Assembly (NCBI GenBank): GCA_963716745.1
Contig: OY970320.1
Span: 2,624,001 to 2,688,000 of the forward strand
Source of the DNA: an uncultured Gemmatimonadaceae bacterium
GTDB taxonomy: Bacteria > Gemmatimonadota > Gemmatimonadetes > Gemmatimonadales > Gemmatimonadaceae
Direction: 5' to 3'
Length of the DNA: 64,000 nucleotides
In this document: positions 20,576-35,184 of the stretch, piece after piece
Layout of the letters: each line of letters begins with the position of its first letter
How positions within the stretch are numbered: the stretch's first letter is position 1
Translations under genes and position numbers: made by a program
Notes under the pieces: model-generated
Database searches by the model: none
What the model saw: only the letters and a program-made list of their open reading frames with translations
Told to the model about the DNA's origin: nothing

Positions 20576-22085
20576 CTAGGCGGCGGGCTCCGGCTTCGGG
20601 AACAGCGCGTCGCCCTTCTTCACTCGCCAGCCCTTCGGCTCGATGAGTTTGCCGAGTGATCCGGGTTCGTCCGCGCGCCCCGGCGCGCCGAGTTGCTTCC
20701 AGAGCTCGGCGGACTTCTCGGGGATGAACGGCGAGATGCATCGCGCGACGCTCGCGATCACGTAGATCAGCGTCGCGAGTGTTTCCTCCAGCTCGGCGCG
20801 CTTCGCGGGATCCTTCGCGAGTTTCCAGGGCGCCTGCTGGTCGACGTACTGGTTCATCGCGGCCACGCGCGCGAGGAGATTCGCGAGACCTTCGTGCAGC
20901 ATGAGGCCGTCCATCGCGGCGTCGTAGTGCTCGAAGCTCCGCTTGGCGTTCACGGGCACGACGCCGTCGCAGTACTTCTCGACCATCGCGATGGTGCGGC
21001 TCGCGAGATTGCCGAGCGCGTTCGCGAGGTCGGCGTTGTAGCGGTCGTCGAAGCGCTCCCAGCTGAAATTGCCGTCGGTGTCGAACGGCACTTCGCGCAT
21101 CAGGAAATAGCGGAACGCGTCGGCGCCGTACTTGTCGATCGCCTCGCCCAGGTCGAGCTTCACGCCGCTGCTCTTCGAGAACTTCTCGCCGGCGAGCTGC
21201 ACGAAGCCGTGCGCCCAGACTCTCTCAGGCAGCGGAAGGCCGGCGGCCATGAGCATCGCGGGCCAGATCACACAATGGAAACGCGTGATGTCCTTGCCGA
21301 TGACGTGCAACTGCGCCGGCCAGCGGTTCTCGAAGCCGGCATCGGGGAAACCGGTGCCGGTGAGATAGTTCGGCAGCGCGTCGAACCAGACGTACACGGT
21401 CTGTTTGTCGCCGTCGCTCGTAGGGCGGGGGAAGGGCACGCCCCATTTCAGTCGCGAACGGCTCGCCGAGATGTCGTCGAGTCCGCCGCGTAGCAGCGCG
21501 AGGATCTCGTTACGGCGGCTCTCAGGCTGCACGAACTCGGGATGCTGCTCGAATGTGCGCGAGCACGCGCGCGGTGTACGCGCTCAACTTGAAGAACCAG
21601 TTCTTCTCCTCCACCCACTCCAGCGTGAGCGTGGGATGGAGCATGCACTTCCCGTCCTTGATCTCGGCGTCCTGCTTGAAGCTCTCGCAGCCCACGCAAT
21701 AATTGCCCGCGTACGCCTTCTCGTAGAAATCGCCGGGATTGGTCTGGAAGATCCGCTCGATGAGCGCCTGCACGCCGCTCACGTGCGCGGGCGCGGTGGT
21801 GCGAACGAACTGATCGTTCGAGATGTTGAGCCGCTTCCACATCTCCTGGAAAATTTCGGCGATGCGATCGGTCTGCTGCTGGGGCGAAACGCCCGCAGCC
21901 GCGGCGGCCTGCTCCACCTTCTGGCCGTGCTCGTCCATCCCAATGAGCAGCCACACGTCGTCACCCTTCAGCCGGCGATAACGCGCGATCACATCGGCGG
22001 CGATCTTCTCGTACGCGTGCCCAATGTGGGGCTCGCCGTTGGAATAATCGATCGCGGTGGTGAGGTAGAACCTGCGAGGGGCCAC
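20576..22085 (-). CDS. metG: Methionine--tRNA ligase; frameshift near 21560
   Basis: FYLTTAIDY, HIGH, YVWFDAL, GKDI, KFSKS. Confidence 0.95.
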
Positions 22086-22090
22086 GCGGA

Positions 22091-23164
22091 CTACGACGCG
22101 GAAGGCGGGCTGCTCGGGCCCGACGATCCACCGCCGCCCTCGCGGCGGCCGCCGCGACGCCCGCGGCGGCGGCGGCGGGGGGCTTCGGATGACGGCGAAC
22201 TGCTGGCTGTCGGCTGTCGGCTGTCGGTGACTGCCGAGCGAGGCTCATCCTCGAGGATCGATTCGCCGTCGACGACGATCGCGTGCGTGCCGGTGTCTTC
22301 GCGCTCCTCTTCGACGACGGCAGGCTGCGAGACGCCGGCGATCTCCGCTTTGTATTCCACGAGCGTGATGATCCGCGTTTCGCCTTCGGCGTTCCGCAGC
22401 GTCACCCGATCGTTGAAAATATCATTCAGCACGATCTTCTCTTCGCCGAGCGCGGTCGTGACGACCTTCCCTTCTTTCGGGAATCGCTTGCGCGCGGCGG
22501 CGTAGAATTCGTGCTCGTAGCGCAGGCAGCACATGAGACGCCCGCACGCGCCGCTGATCTGGCTTGGATTGAGCGACAGCTTCTGATCCTTCGCCGCCTG
22601 CAGGTTCACGGGACGCAGATCGGGCAGCCAGCTCGCCGAGCAATAATCGCGGCCGCAGCGGCCAATGCCGCCGAGCCGCTTCGCCTCGTCGCGCACACCG
22701 ATCTGCTTGAGTTCGATCCGGGTGCGGAACAGTCCTGCGAGATCGCGCACGAGCGCGCGGAAGTCCACGCGCTTCTCAGCCGTGAAATACAGCGTGATCT
22801 TGCGCTTGTCCCACTGCCACTCGGCGTCGCTGATCTTCATCTGCAGCTTGTGCTCGCGCACGCGCTCGGCAGCCTTGCGACGCGCCTCCTCATCGAGCGC
22901 GCGGAGCTCGGCGTGCTTGCGCTCGTCCTCGCCGCTGGCGGTGCGCAGGATCTTGTGGCTCGGCGTAGCGGTGGCGCCGAGTCCGTGCGCGCAGCCGGCG
23001 CAGCGCTTCTCGGCGGCCTCGCCGGTGGCGTGCACCTTGCCGAGATCCTCGCCGCGATCGACCTCCACGATCACGCTGGCGCGTGTCGCGAGAGGAGATT
23101 CGCCCTCCCAGAGGAAGAATTCCTTGCGGTTGCCTTTAAAGGCGACTTCGGTGAGGTGTGGCAC
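22091..23164 (-). CDS. ricT: PSP1-domain protein RicT/YaaT
   Basis: RVDFRALV, QIGVRDEAK, GRCGRDYC, ISGACGRLMCCLRYE. Confidence 0.9.
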   Translation of the reverse strand: MPHLTEVAFKGNRKEFFLWEGESPLATRASVIVEVDRGEDLGKVHATGEAAEKRCAGCAHGLGATATPSHKILRTASGEDERKHAELRALDEEARRKAAERVREHKLQMKISDAEWQWDKRKITLYFTAEKRVDFRALVRDLAGLFRTRIELKQIGVRDEAKRLGGIGRCGRDYCSASWLPDLRPVNLQAAKDQKLSLNPSQISGACGRLMCCLRYEHEFYAAARKRFPKEGKVVTTALGEEKIVLNDIFNDRVTLRNAEGETRIITLVEYKAEIAGVSQPAVVEEEREDTGTHAIVVDGESILEDEPRSAVTDSRQPTASSSPSSEAPRRRRRGRRGGRREGGGGSSGPSSPPSAS

Positions 23165-23189
23165 CCCTACAATCTACTCGCTGAGGGCA

Positions 23190-23350
23190 GAGGGGCGGAA
23201 CTGGAACCGCGAGGGGCGGTGCTGGTACCGCTGAGAGGCGCGTGTGGCGTTGGCGTTGGGTCACTGCGGATCCCGCGGGGCTAGCGGTCGCCCAACGCCA
23301 ACGCTACACGCGCCTCTAGCGGTACCAGCACCGCGCCGTTCAGCGGTGCC
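23190..23350. repeat. Empty inverted-repeat element (family B), same arms as the four-helix-bundle element
   Basis: ggtaccgctgagaggcgcgtgtggcgttggcgttggg - 30 nt - cccaacgccaacgctacacgcgcctctagcggtacc. Confidence 0.88.
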
Positions 23351-23367
23351 ACGCACGCCGCCTGCCG

Positions 23368-24330
23368 TTATTCCGTGACCATCCCCATTCGAAGGAATTT
23401 CTCCCTGCGCCGACGCACCAGTTTATCCGGCTTCACGCGGCGCAGATCATCCAACGCACTCGTCAGCGCGGCCTGCAGCGATTTTGCGGCGGTGGCTTGG
23501 TCGATGTGCGCGCCGCCGAGTGGCTCGGGAACGATCTCGTCGATCACGCCGAACTCGAGGAGATCGGTGGCCGTGATGCGCAGCGCCTTGGCGGCGCGCT
23601 CCTTCATCTCGACGCTCTTGCCGTCCTTCCACAGAATGGCGGCGCAGCCTTCCACGGTGATCACGGAGTAGATCGCGTTCTCGAGCATGAGCACGCGGTC
23701 GGCGACGCCGAGTGCGAGCGCGCCGCCGGAGCCACCCTCGCCGATCACGGTCGCGACGATCGGCACTTCGAGGCGGCTCATCTCCAGCAGATTGCGCGCG
23801 ATCGCTTCGGATTGTCCGCGCTCCTCGGCGCCGAGTCCGGCCCACGCGCCCGGCGTGTCAATGAGCGTGAGCACGGGCACTTGGAATTTCTCGGCGAGCT
23901 TCATGAGGCGCAGCGCTTTCCGGTAGCCCTCGGGGTGGGGCATGCCGAAGTTGCGCTTGAGATTCTCCTTGGTGTCGCGGCCGCGCTGGTGGCCGATGAC
24001 CATGACCGTCTCGCCGTCGAGCCGCGCCCAGCCGCCGACGATCGCGGGATCCTCGCGGAAGGCGCGGTCGCCATGCAGCTCGATGAAATCGGTGAAGGCG
24101 AGCGCGATGTAATCGAGCGTGAACGGCCGCTTGGAATTGCGCGCGACCTGCACGCGCTGCAGCGGCGAGAGGTTGCCGTAGACGATGCGGCGCAGTTCGT
24201 CGAGCTTCGCCGCGAGCGGCGCGATCTCGGCGTCCATGTTCACTTGGCCCTGCGCGCCGGTCTTCTTGAGCTCCTCGATCTGCTTCTCGAGCTCCAGGAT
24301 CGGCCGTTCGAACTCCATCGTCGAGCCCAT
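23368..24330 (-). CDS. accA: Acetyl-CoA carboxylase carboxyltransferase alpha
   Basis: ELHGDR, NFGMPHPEGYRKA, DTPGA, GEGGSGGALA. Confidence 0.97.
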   Translation of the reverse strand: MGSTMEFERPILELEKQIEELKKTGAQGQVNMDAEIAPLAAKLDELRRIVYGNLSPLQRVQVARNSKRPFTLDYIALAFTDFIELHGDRAFREDPAIVGGWARLDGETVMVIGHQRGRDTKENLKRNFGMPHPEGYRKALRLMKLAEKFQVPVLTLIDTPGAWAGLGAEERGQSEAIARNLLEMSRLEVPIVATVIGEGGSGGALALGVADRVLMLENAIYSVITVEGCAAILWKDGKSVEMKERAAKALRITATDLLEFGVIDEIVPEPLGGAHIDQATAAKSLQAALTSALDDLRRVKPDKLVRRRREKFLRMGMVTE

Positions 24331-24331
24331 G

Positions 24332-27821
<3,490 letters not shown>

Positions 27822-27951
27822 AGCTCGGCTCTCGGCGCTCGTCTGTCGGCGGCGGATCGGAGCTATATTATAGCCTGCGGCGAGTTCGACGGTGAGGCCT
27901 TGCGGCCGACGACGGCAATTCTAAACGCTTACGACTAACCACTGGACCACT

Positions 27952-29656
27952 ATGAGACTCTCTTCATGTGCGCCGATCGTCATCGCGGCCTCCGTACTCG
28001 CGGCCTGCAACAGCGCTCCATCGTCGACCGAGACGACCGATCAATGTACGGGGACGCCGTTCACGATGACCGACAACGAGGTCACGACCATTCCGGCGAC
28101 GGACGCGCCGTGCGCGACGATGCCGCCGGATGGTGCCACGTACATCGTGACGCCGCAGTACGGGAGCGGCGTGGGGCCGACGACTTCGGTGGGCTATGAG
28201 ATCGGTGCCGTCGCGCCGCCGCAGCAGGATCGCGCACCGTACATGATGACCGGCGACGCGAATCGAGTTCGGCCGTGGGCACGGCGCGGGCACGGGATGC
28301 AGGAGAAGTTCGATTACGGCCTGCGCGAGCGCGAGCGCGCGATCGCCTCGTCGGGTCACAACATCACGGCGTCGCGGAGGCGCCCCACGTCGGCGCTGCG
28401 CACGCTGCCAGTGATCGTCACCGATACGTTCGAAGTGTGCGTCAGTCTCGACTGCACCCAGTTCAAGCTCGACACGGCGACGCTGAAGTATTCCGGCTCC
28501 CACATCGAGATCTTCGTCAGCAATCGTACGCCCTCGGGCGGTTTCACCCCGGCGAACATCACGGCCATGGGGAACACGTTCGATCAGGACCTCTATCCCA
28601 TCGATACCGTCGCGTTCGGCGCGCCGTCGGATCTTGACGGTAACGGCCGCGTGATCGTGCTCATGACGCCGTACGTGAACCAGATCACGCCGTCGAACCA
28701 GTGCGCGACGCTCGGATTCGTGGCCGGCTTCTTCTTCGGGAACGACCTGACGAACGGCTCGCATTCGAACCACGGCGAGATCTTCTATTCGCTGGTGCCC
28801 GATTCGCTCGGAACCTTCAGCTGCATTCACTCGCGCGGCGAGCGTGGGCCCGATCATCCTGCCGACGTTCATTCACGAGTTCCAGCACATGATCTCGTGG
28901 AACCAGCATGTGATCCTGCGCAGTGGCCCGAGCGAGGAGACGTGGCTCAATGAAGGGATGAGTCATATCGCGGAGGAACTCGGATCGCGTTACTACGAGA
29001 ACAAGTATCCGCCGCCGAATGGGCGGACGGATCCGTCACAGCTCTTCCCCGATTCCGCGGAGGGGTTCATCAGCGGCGACTTGGAGAACTCGTACTCGTT
29101 CCTGCAGTCGTCGCCCGGGTCGTCGATCACGCAATTCGCGAGTTCGGGTTCGCTCGAGGAGCGCGGCGGCGCGTGGCTGTTCCTGCGATGGCTCGCGGAC
29201 CAGAAGGACAGCCTGATCCTCGGCAAGCTCGATCAGACATCGCTCACCGGCGTGACGAACGTCGCGACGCAGGCGGGCGAGCCGTTCGAAGCACTCTTCG
29301 GCGATTTCTCGGCCGCCGTGTTCGGCGACAGTCTGCCCGGATTCCCGCGCAACACCATAGTTGCGCGCGATCGGTTCGCGTCGCGCAACCTGCGTCAGAT
29401 CTACAACCGTCTATTCACGACGTCGGGCGGCAGGCTGCCGACAGCATTCCCGGTCGTGGCGCGCACGATGCCGGTGGGCGGGAAGGCCACATCGACGATG
29501 CTCATCGGTACGATGGAGTATTGGAAGCTCACGATGCCGTCGAGCGGTGGCACGATGCAGCTGCACTTCGCCAAGCAGGGCGGCGGAACCTTCCCGTCGA
29601 GCTACACGGCGCAGGTGAGCATCCTCCGCTGTCCGTCGGCGGCTGCGTGTCCGTGA
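27952..29656 (+). CDS. Lipoprotein zinc metallopeptidase (M30/gluzincin-like); frameshift near 28835
   Basis: Lipobox LAAC; FIHEFQHMI...WLNEGMSHIAE. Confidence 0.8.
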
Positions 29657-29660
29657 CGGC

Positions 29661-30827
29661 ATGATCGACGGCACGAATGAGGGAGCCCGGCGACAGCAGT
29701 CGCCGGGCTCCTTCTCATCCTGGCGCCGCGCGCGCCGCTGGCTCGTGCGCGGCGTGCTGCTCGTGATCGCTGCGCTCGTGCTCTTCGCGGTCGCGACGCC
29801 GATGGGACGGTATCTCGCGCGCGCCGGATGGGCGGAGGCGCGGATCCTGCGGCGGCGCCATCCCATCGCGGCGTTCGTCGCGGACCCGGCGACGGACGCG
29901 GCCACGCGCGCCAAACTCGGACTCGTACTCGCGGCGCGCGGATTCGCCGCGGACTCGCTGCACCTCGATGCGCGCGAGAGCTTCACCACATACAGCGCAC
30001 TCGATCACGACACGCTCGTGCTCGTGGTATCCGCCGCGTACCGAGACACGCTCGCGTTCCACACCTGGTGGTTCCCGATCGTGGGCAGCGTGCCGTACAA
30101 GGGGTTCTTCCGCGCGGCGGACGCGCTCGCCGAAGCGGCTTCTCTCGAACGTGAGGGCTACGACACGATCGTGCGGCCGGCGTCGGCGTTCAGCACGCTC
30201 GGTTGGTTCAACGACCCGCTGCTCTCCACGACGCTCGCCGAGGACAGCACGTCGCTCGCGAACACAGTGATCCACGAGCTGCTGCACAACACGTTCTACG
30301 CGCCGGGTTCATCGGCGTTCAACGAAAGCTTCGCGAATTTCGTGGGCTCGCGCGGCGCTGAGCGGTTCTTCGAGGCGCGGGGCGACAGTGCGCACGCGGC
30401 GAAGGAGCGCGTGGAATGGGAGCGTGAGAAATATCTCGGGCGTTTCTGGACCACCGTATACAACTCCGTGGACTCGGCGTTCAAGGCGCACCCGGGTGAT
30501 CGCGCCGCGCGGCTGGCGGCGCGCGACACCGTGTTCACCCGGATGCGGGAGTATTTCACGCGCGACGTGCGGCCGAACGTACCGGGCGTGCCGCCGGGGG
30601 CGCCGTTGGGCCTGCGGTTGGACAACGTGACCGTGATGTCGCGCCGGCTCTATCGCACCGGGCTCGATGACTTCGACGCGGTGTACGCGCACGAGGGGAA
30701 CGATCTGAATCGCGCGATCGCGAAGATCACCGAGCTGGCGCGCGCACGGCCGAAGGAACCGTTCGCCGCGGTGCGCGAGTGGGTGAGCTCAGCCGGCGCC
30801 GAAGCGCCCGCGCAGCAGCGCCCGTAG
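29661..30827 (+). CDS. Predicted zinc aminopeptidase (DUF2265-like)
   Basis: WWFPIVGSVPYKGFF, AFSTLGWFNDP, HELLH, FNESFA. Confidence 0.88.
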   Translation: MIDGTNEGARRQQSPGSFSSWRRARRWLVRGVLLVIAALVLFAVATPMGRYLARAGWAEARILRRRHPIAAFVADPATDAATRAKLGLVLAARGFAADSLHLDARESFTTYSALDHDTLVLVVSAAYRDTLAFHTWWFPIVGSVPYKGFFRAADALAEAASLEREGYDTIVRPASAFSTLGWFNDPLLSTTLAEDSTSLANTVIHELLHNTFYAPGSSAFNESFANFVGSRGAERFFEARGDSAHAAKERVEWEREKYLGRFWTTVYNSVDSAFKAHPGDRAARLAARDTVFTRMREYFTRDVRPNVPGVPPGAPLGLRLDNVTVMSRRLYRTGLDDFDAVYAHEGNDLNRAIAKITELARARPKEPFAAVREWVSSAGAEAPAQQRP

Positions 30828-32831
30828 GTCCACCGGCTGGCCCGTGAAGGGCGCGGCGTTCGCGCCGGGGCCGGGCAGCACATCGGGAGCGGCGGCGACG
30901 CGGGTCATGAGGTCGCGCACGCCGGTGTCGATGAACCGGCTGAGCTGGTCCACCGAGTACTCGGTGCCGAACCGCGACTGATAGGCGTTGAGCGGATACA
31001 CGGCGTGCAGATGTTTCCGTGCGCGCGTCATCGCGACGTACATGAGGCGGCGCTCTTCTTCGGTATCTTCGTCGGAGCCGAGGGACCGATTCGAGGGGAA
31101 CCAGCCGTCGACGGCCCAGATGATGAACACGGCATCCCACTCGCGTCCCTTGGCGCTGTGCGCGGTGCTGAGGATGAGCGCGTCCTCTTCCGTGTTCGCA
31201 CCGCTCGCGAAGTCGTGCGTGGCGCTCGGCGGTTCGAGGGCGAGTTCGCTCAGGAACGCGGCACGATTGGGGAACGAGCCGGCGATCACCTCGAGCTGCG
31301 CGAGGTCGGCGAGCCGCGGCTCGGCGCGGTCGTAGCGTTCGCGCAGGATCTCGTCGTACATCGCGCGCAGCGCCGCGATCTCCTCGCTCACCGTGCGCTC
31401 GGCGCCCGCGGGATCGGGCTTGCTGAGCACCATTAGAAGGAGGGAGAGCGATGCGTGCGCGACCCGCGCGCGCGGCGGCGGCGTCCACTGCGCGAAGGCG
31501 GCGGGATCCCACGAGCGCTCGGCCATGAGCGTGAGCGCCTGGCGCGCGGTGATGTCGCCGATGCCGGGGAGGAGCGTGAGCACGCGGAACCAGCTCACTT
31601 CGTCGCGCGGGTTCTCGAGGATGCGCAGGAAGGCGAGCACGTCCTTCACGTGCGCGGCCTCGAGGAACTTGATGCCGCCCCATTTCTCGAAGGGGATCTG
31701 GCGGTTCGTGAGCTCGATCTCGAGGTCGGCGGACATGTAGCCGGCGCGGAAGAGCACGGCGATCTCGCGCAGCGGCGTGCCGGCTTCGTGCAGTTCGAGG
31801 ATCCGATCGACCACATACTGGGTTTGCTCGTGCTCATCGCGCGCGGCCACGAGCAACGGGCGGTCGCCGCCGGTGCGCGTGGTGAAGAGCTGCTTGGTGT
31901 AGCGCTGCCGCGCGCGGGAAATGAGTGCATTGCTCACATCGAGCACCGGCTGGGTGGAGCGGTAATTCTGCTCGAGCGTGACGATCGTGGCGTTCTCGAA
32001 CTGCTTGGGGAAGTCGAGCATGTTGCGCACCGTGGCGCCGCGGAAGCTGTAGATGCTCTGCGCGTCGTCGCCGACGACGGTGATGTTCTTGTGCGTCGCG
32101 GCCATGCCGCGCAGGATGCGCGCCTGCAGGACGTTCGTGTCCTGGTATTCGTCGACGAGCACGTGATCGTAGAGCGAGGCGATGCGCGCGCCGAGTTCGG
32201 GGGCTTGCTCGAGCATCATCGCCCAGAGCAGCAGCAGGTCATCGTAATCGACGAGATTGCGCTCGGCTTTGCGCGCGGTGTAGTCGGCGAAGACGCGCAA
32301 GATGTCGGGGATGTCGGCTTCGAACTGCGGGAACTCGTCACGCACGATCGCGTCGACGCCGAGTTCCGTGTTCGCGTGGCGCGAGTAGATGTGGTGCAGC
32401 GTCTCCTTCTTGGGGAAGCGCGATTTGCGCTGTGCGAAACCCAGGTGCGCGCGCGACATCCCGGTGAGATCCTCGGCGTCCGATTGATCGAGGATCGTGA
32501 AATCCTTCGCGATGCCGGCGTGCTGGCCATAGGCGCGGAGCAGGCGATGCGCCGTGGCGTGGAAGGTGCCGCCGTGCACGCGGCCGGTGGCGGCGCCGAC
32601 GAGGCGTTCCGCGCGCGCGAGCATCTCCTGCGCGGAGCGGCGCGTGAACGTCAGCAACAGAATGCGATTCGGTGGAACGCCGCGGCCGATGAGGTGGGCG
32701 ACGCGGTAGACGAGGGCGCGGGTCTTTCCGGTGCCGGCGCCGGCGACGATCAACAGCGGTCCATCGCCGTGCGTAGCGGCGGCGAGCTGGCCGGGGTTCA
32801 ATTCGGAGCTGAAATCAGGAGCGGTGGGCAT
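30789..32831 (-). CDS. UvrD/PcrA-family ATP-dependent helicase
   Basis: AGAGTGKT, VDEYQD, VGDDAQSIYSFRGA, NYRS, HSAKGREW, EERRLMYVAMTRA. Confidence 0.95.
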   Translation of the reverse strand: MPTAPDFSSELNPGQLAAATHGDGPLLIVAGAGTGKTRALVYRVAHLIGRGVPPNRILLLTFTRRSAQEMLARAERLVGAATGRVHGGTFHATAHRLLRAYGQHAGIAKDFTILDQSDAEDLTGMSRAHLGFAQRKSRFPKKETLHHIYSRHANTELGVDAIVRDEFPQFEADIPDILRVFADYTARKAERNLVDYDDLLLLWAMMLEQAPELGARIASLYDHVLVDEYQDTNVLQARILRGMAATHKNITVVGDDAQSIYSFRGATVRNMLDFPKQFENATIVTLEQNYRSTQPVLDVSNALISRARQRYTKQLFTTRTGGDRPLLVAARDEHEQTQYVVDRILELHEAGTPLREIAVLFRAGYMSADLEIELTNRQIPFEKWGGIKFLEAAHVKDVLAFLRILENPRDEVSWFRVLTLLPGIGDITARQALTLMAERSWDPAAFAQWTPPPRARVAHASLSLLLMVLSKPDPAGAERTVSEEIAALRAMYDEILRERYDRAEPRLADLAQLEVIAGSFPNRAAFLSELALEPPSATHDFASGANTEEDALILSTAHSAKGREWDAVFIIWAVDGWFPSNRSLGSDEDTEEERRLMYVAMTRARKHLHAVYPLNAYQSRFGTEYSVDQLSRFIDTGVRDLMTRVAAAPDVLPGPGANAAPFTGQPVDLRALLRGRFGAG

Positions 32832-32876
32832 TCTCAGGAATGTAACGCTCGGAACTCGGGACTCGGGACTCGCGAA

Positions 32877-33647
32877 CTACCCGTGGAACAGGATCGAGAG
32901 GCAGGTGGGGCCGCCCTCGGCCTTCTGCAACTCGGAGAGATCCAGCGCGCGGCATTGGAAGCCGGCGCGCTCGAGGACAGCGCGAGTGGCGGGGAAGGAT
33001 CGAGGGCAGGATGAGCGTGCCATTCACATCCAGAACGCTGGCGCCCCAGGGTTCGTGCTTGGGGACTTCGAGCACGCGCATGCCTTTGAAGGCCTTGATA
33101 TCGGTCCACTCCGGATTCGCGAGCACCGTGTTGCGGCCGGCGTACGTCACGGCGGTCTTCAAATGCAGCGCGCCTTTCACCGCGACGGGGATCACCGTGT
33201 AGCCGAGTGGCGTGAGCATCGTGTGGAATTGCTCGAGACCGGCGGGGTTCGTGCGCTTGCGACAGTCCGACGTAAATGCGTGCGGCCGGCGCGGATCACA
33301 TCGCCGCCGTCGAGTGTGGCGGGGGGCGCGAGCCGCTGGAGCAGTCGGTAGCGCTTGAGCGTGTCGGCGAGCAGCTCGCCTTCCGCGGCGCGCGACGCGG
33401 CGCCGGGGGTGGTGATCACCGCGAATTCCTCGACCACGACCGCGGCATCCTCGACGAACACCGCGTCGGGGAATTCATCGCGTGCGGGGAGATGGACGAT
33501 CGTGGCGCCGAGTGACTCGAGCGCTTCCTCGTAGGCGCGATGCTGCTGGCGCGCGAGCTTGAGGTCGATGGGCTCGCGTTGCTTGTAGGTCAACTGACCC
33601 TGGTCGAGCGTCGAGGAGACGCCGCGGGTGACTGCGGTGAGGGGCAC
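32877..33647 (-). CDS. Dimethylarginine dimethylaminohydrolase / amidinotransferase family; frameshifted
   Basis: PDAVFVED, LDGGDV, LHLKT, C-terminal KAEGGPTCLS in three frames. Confidence 0.88.
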
Positions 33648-33702
33648 GGGAAGCGGGAAGCGGGAAGCGACGAACTGCGGACCGTAGGAAGCTAACGATT
33701 CC

Positions 33703-34077
33703 TCACGGGGCGCAGGGAGCCTTGATCCCGTTCTTCAGCGTGATGACGATCGCGCCTGAACTGGCGCCCTTGCCGTAGGCCGCGGCTGCGTCCGTCGCCG
33801 TGAGTATGTCGACCGACTCTATTGAATTCGGGTCGAGCGACTCGAGGCAACCGTCGACACCCGTCGAGTTCAGCACCCGTTCGTTGATCACGAACATGTA
33901 GGCGGCGTACCTGCCGCAGAGTGGGCCGCACACATTTCTCGAGACGTTCGGGCCGGCGGTCGAGAGCTGCGCTGCGAGCGCTTGCTCTGGAATCCTGGCG
34001 CTCGCTTGCGTTGGCAGTTTGTCGCACGCCGAGAACAGAGCTGTCGGTGCGAGCAGGAGCAGGGCGAGACGGGGCAT
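33703..34077 (-). CDS. Small lipoprotein with isolated TonB-receptor plug-like motif
   Basis: LFSAC lipobox; LDPNSIESVDIL...AAAAYG..ASSGAIVITLK. Confidence 0.65.
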   Translation of the reverse strand: MPRLALLLLAPTALFSACDKLPTQASARIPEQALAAQLSTAGPNVSRNVCGPLCGRYAAYMFVINERVLNSTGVDGCLESLDPNSIESVDILTATDAAAAYGKGASSGAIVITLKNGIKAPCAP

Positions 34078-34135
34078 GACGTACTCCTCGAAAGTGACAA
34101 GAGGGACGTCACAGGACCGGATTCCTACACACCCG

Positions 34136-34861
34136 CTACTTCGTCTTCGACTCCGCCCGTTTCTTGTTGATCATCGCTTGCGAGATGGACATGCCGCCGT
34201 AGCGCTCCTCGGTCCACGGATCGCCGCGCATGTGGTAGCCGTTCTGCTCCCAGAAGCCGGGCATATCGTAATTGAGCAGCTCGAAGCCGCGCACCCATTT
34301 CGCGCTCTTCCAGAAGTACAGATGCGGCACGAGGAGGCGCAGCGGCCAGCCATGGTCGGGGGACAGCGGCATGCCGTTATGCGCCCAGGTGAGCAGATTC
34401 TCGGGGCGGTCGAGATCGGAGAGCGGCAAGTTCGTCGTGAAGCCCTGCTCGGCGTGGATCAAGACGAACGACGCACTCGGCTTCACGCCGGCGCGCTTCA
34501 AAAGATCGGACACGGACACGCCGGTGAAGCGATTGTCCAACCGGCTCCAGCGCGTCACGCAATGGATGTCGCAGAGCGTCTCCTTGTGCGGGAGCGCCAG
34601 GATCTCGTCGTAGGTGAGTTCAAAAGGCGAATCAACGAGGCCATTGATCGAGAACTTCCACGTCTTCAGATCGACGCGCGGCACATCGCCGTAGTGCAGC
34701 ACGGGCCACTTCTCGGTCTTCACCTGACGCGGCGGCACGCGGTCGCGATCGGTAGGGCGCGCATCGACGACGGGATCGTTGTCGGCCACAGGGGACTCCA
34801 TTGGCGGCGGACGGGAACCGGTGCGGCCGATCAACCAACCGCTGAGACGGTCTAGAACCAT
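34136..34861 (-). CDS. Sulfite oxidase-like molybdopterin oxidoreductase
   Basis: DIHCVTRWS, HGWPLRLLVPHLYFWKSAKW, GFWEQNGYH. Confidence 0.92.
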   Translation of the reverse strand: MVLDRLSGWLIGRTGSRPPPMESPVADNDPVVDARPTDRDRVPPRQVKTEKWPVLHYGDVPRVDLKTWKFSINGLVDSPFELTYDEILALPHKETLCDIHCVTRWSRLDNRFTGVSVSDLLKRAGVKPSASFVLIHAEQGFTTNLPLSDLDRPENLLTWAHNGMPLSPDHGWPLRLLVPHLYFWKSAKWVRGFELLNYDMPGFWEQNGYHMRGDPWTEERYGGMSISQAMINKKRAESKTK

Positions 34862-34877
34862 GAGATAATGATACAAC

Positions 34878-35130
34878 CCGAAGCGCGTGCGTCGCACCCC
34901 GAACGCCGTGACTCGTACCCCGAACGCCGTGAGTACCGAGTCGTGCGTCGCACGGATCGTACAGCGTGACTCGCACCCCCGACACCGCTCGTCGTGAGTC
35001 ACTCACGGAGATCGGGTCGCGACGCACGGAGTTCGGGGTTCCAATGACGCCCTCCAGTCAGTTCGACGCACGACTCGGTACTCACGGAGTTCGGGTTACG
35101 AATCACGGAGCCGGGGGTTCGACTCACGCC
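34878..35130. repeat. ~255-bp imperfect palindromic element (family A)
   Basis: Similar to 15082-15340 in reverse orientation; centre cgtgagtcactcacg. Confidence 0.9.
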
Positions 35131-35184
35131 TGTCGCCAGTGTCCCCTCGCAATGTCCCGTGCATAGCCGCAAATTCCCTCGAGT

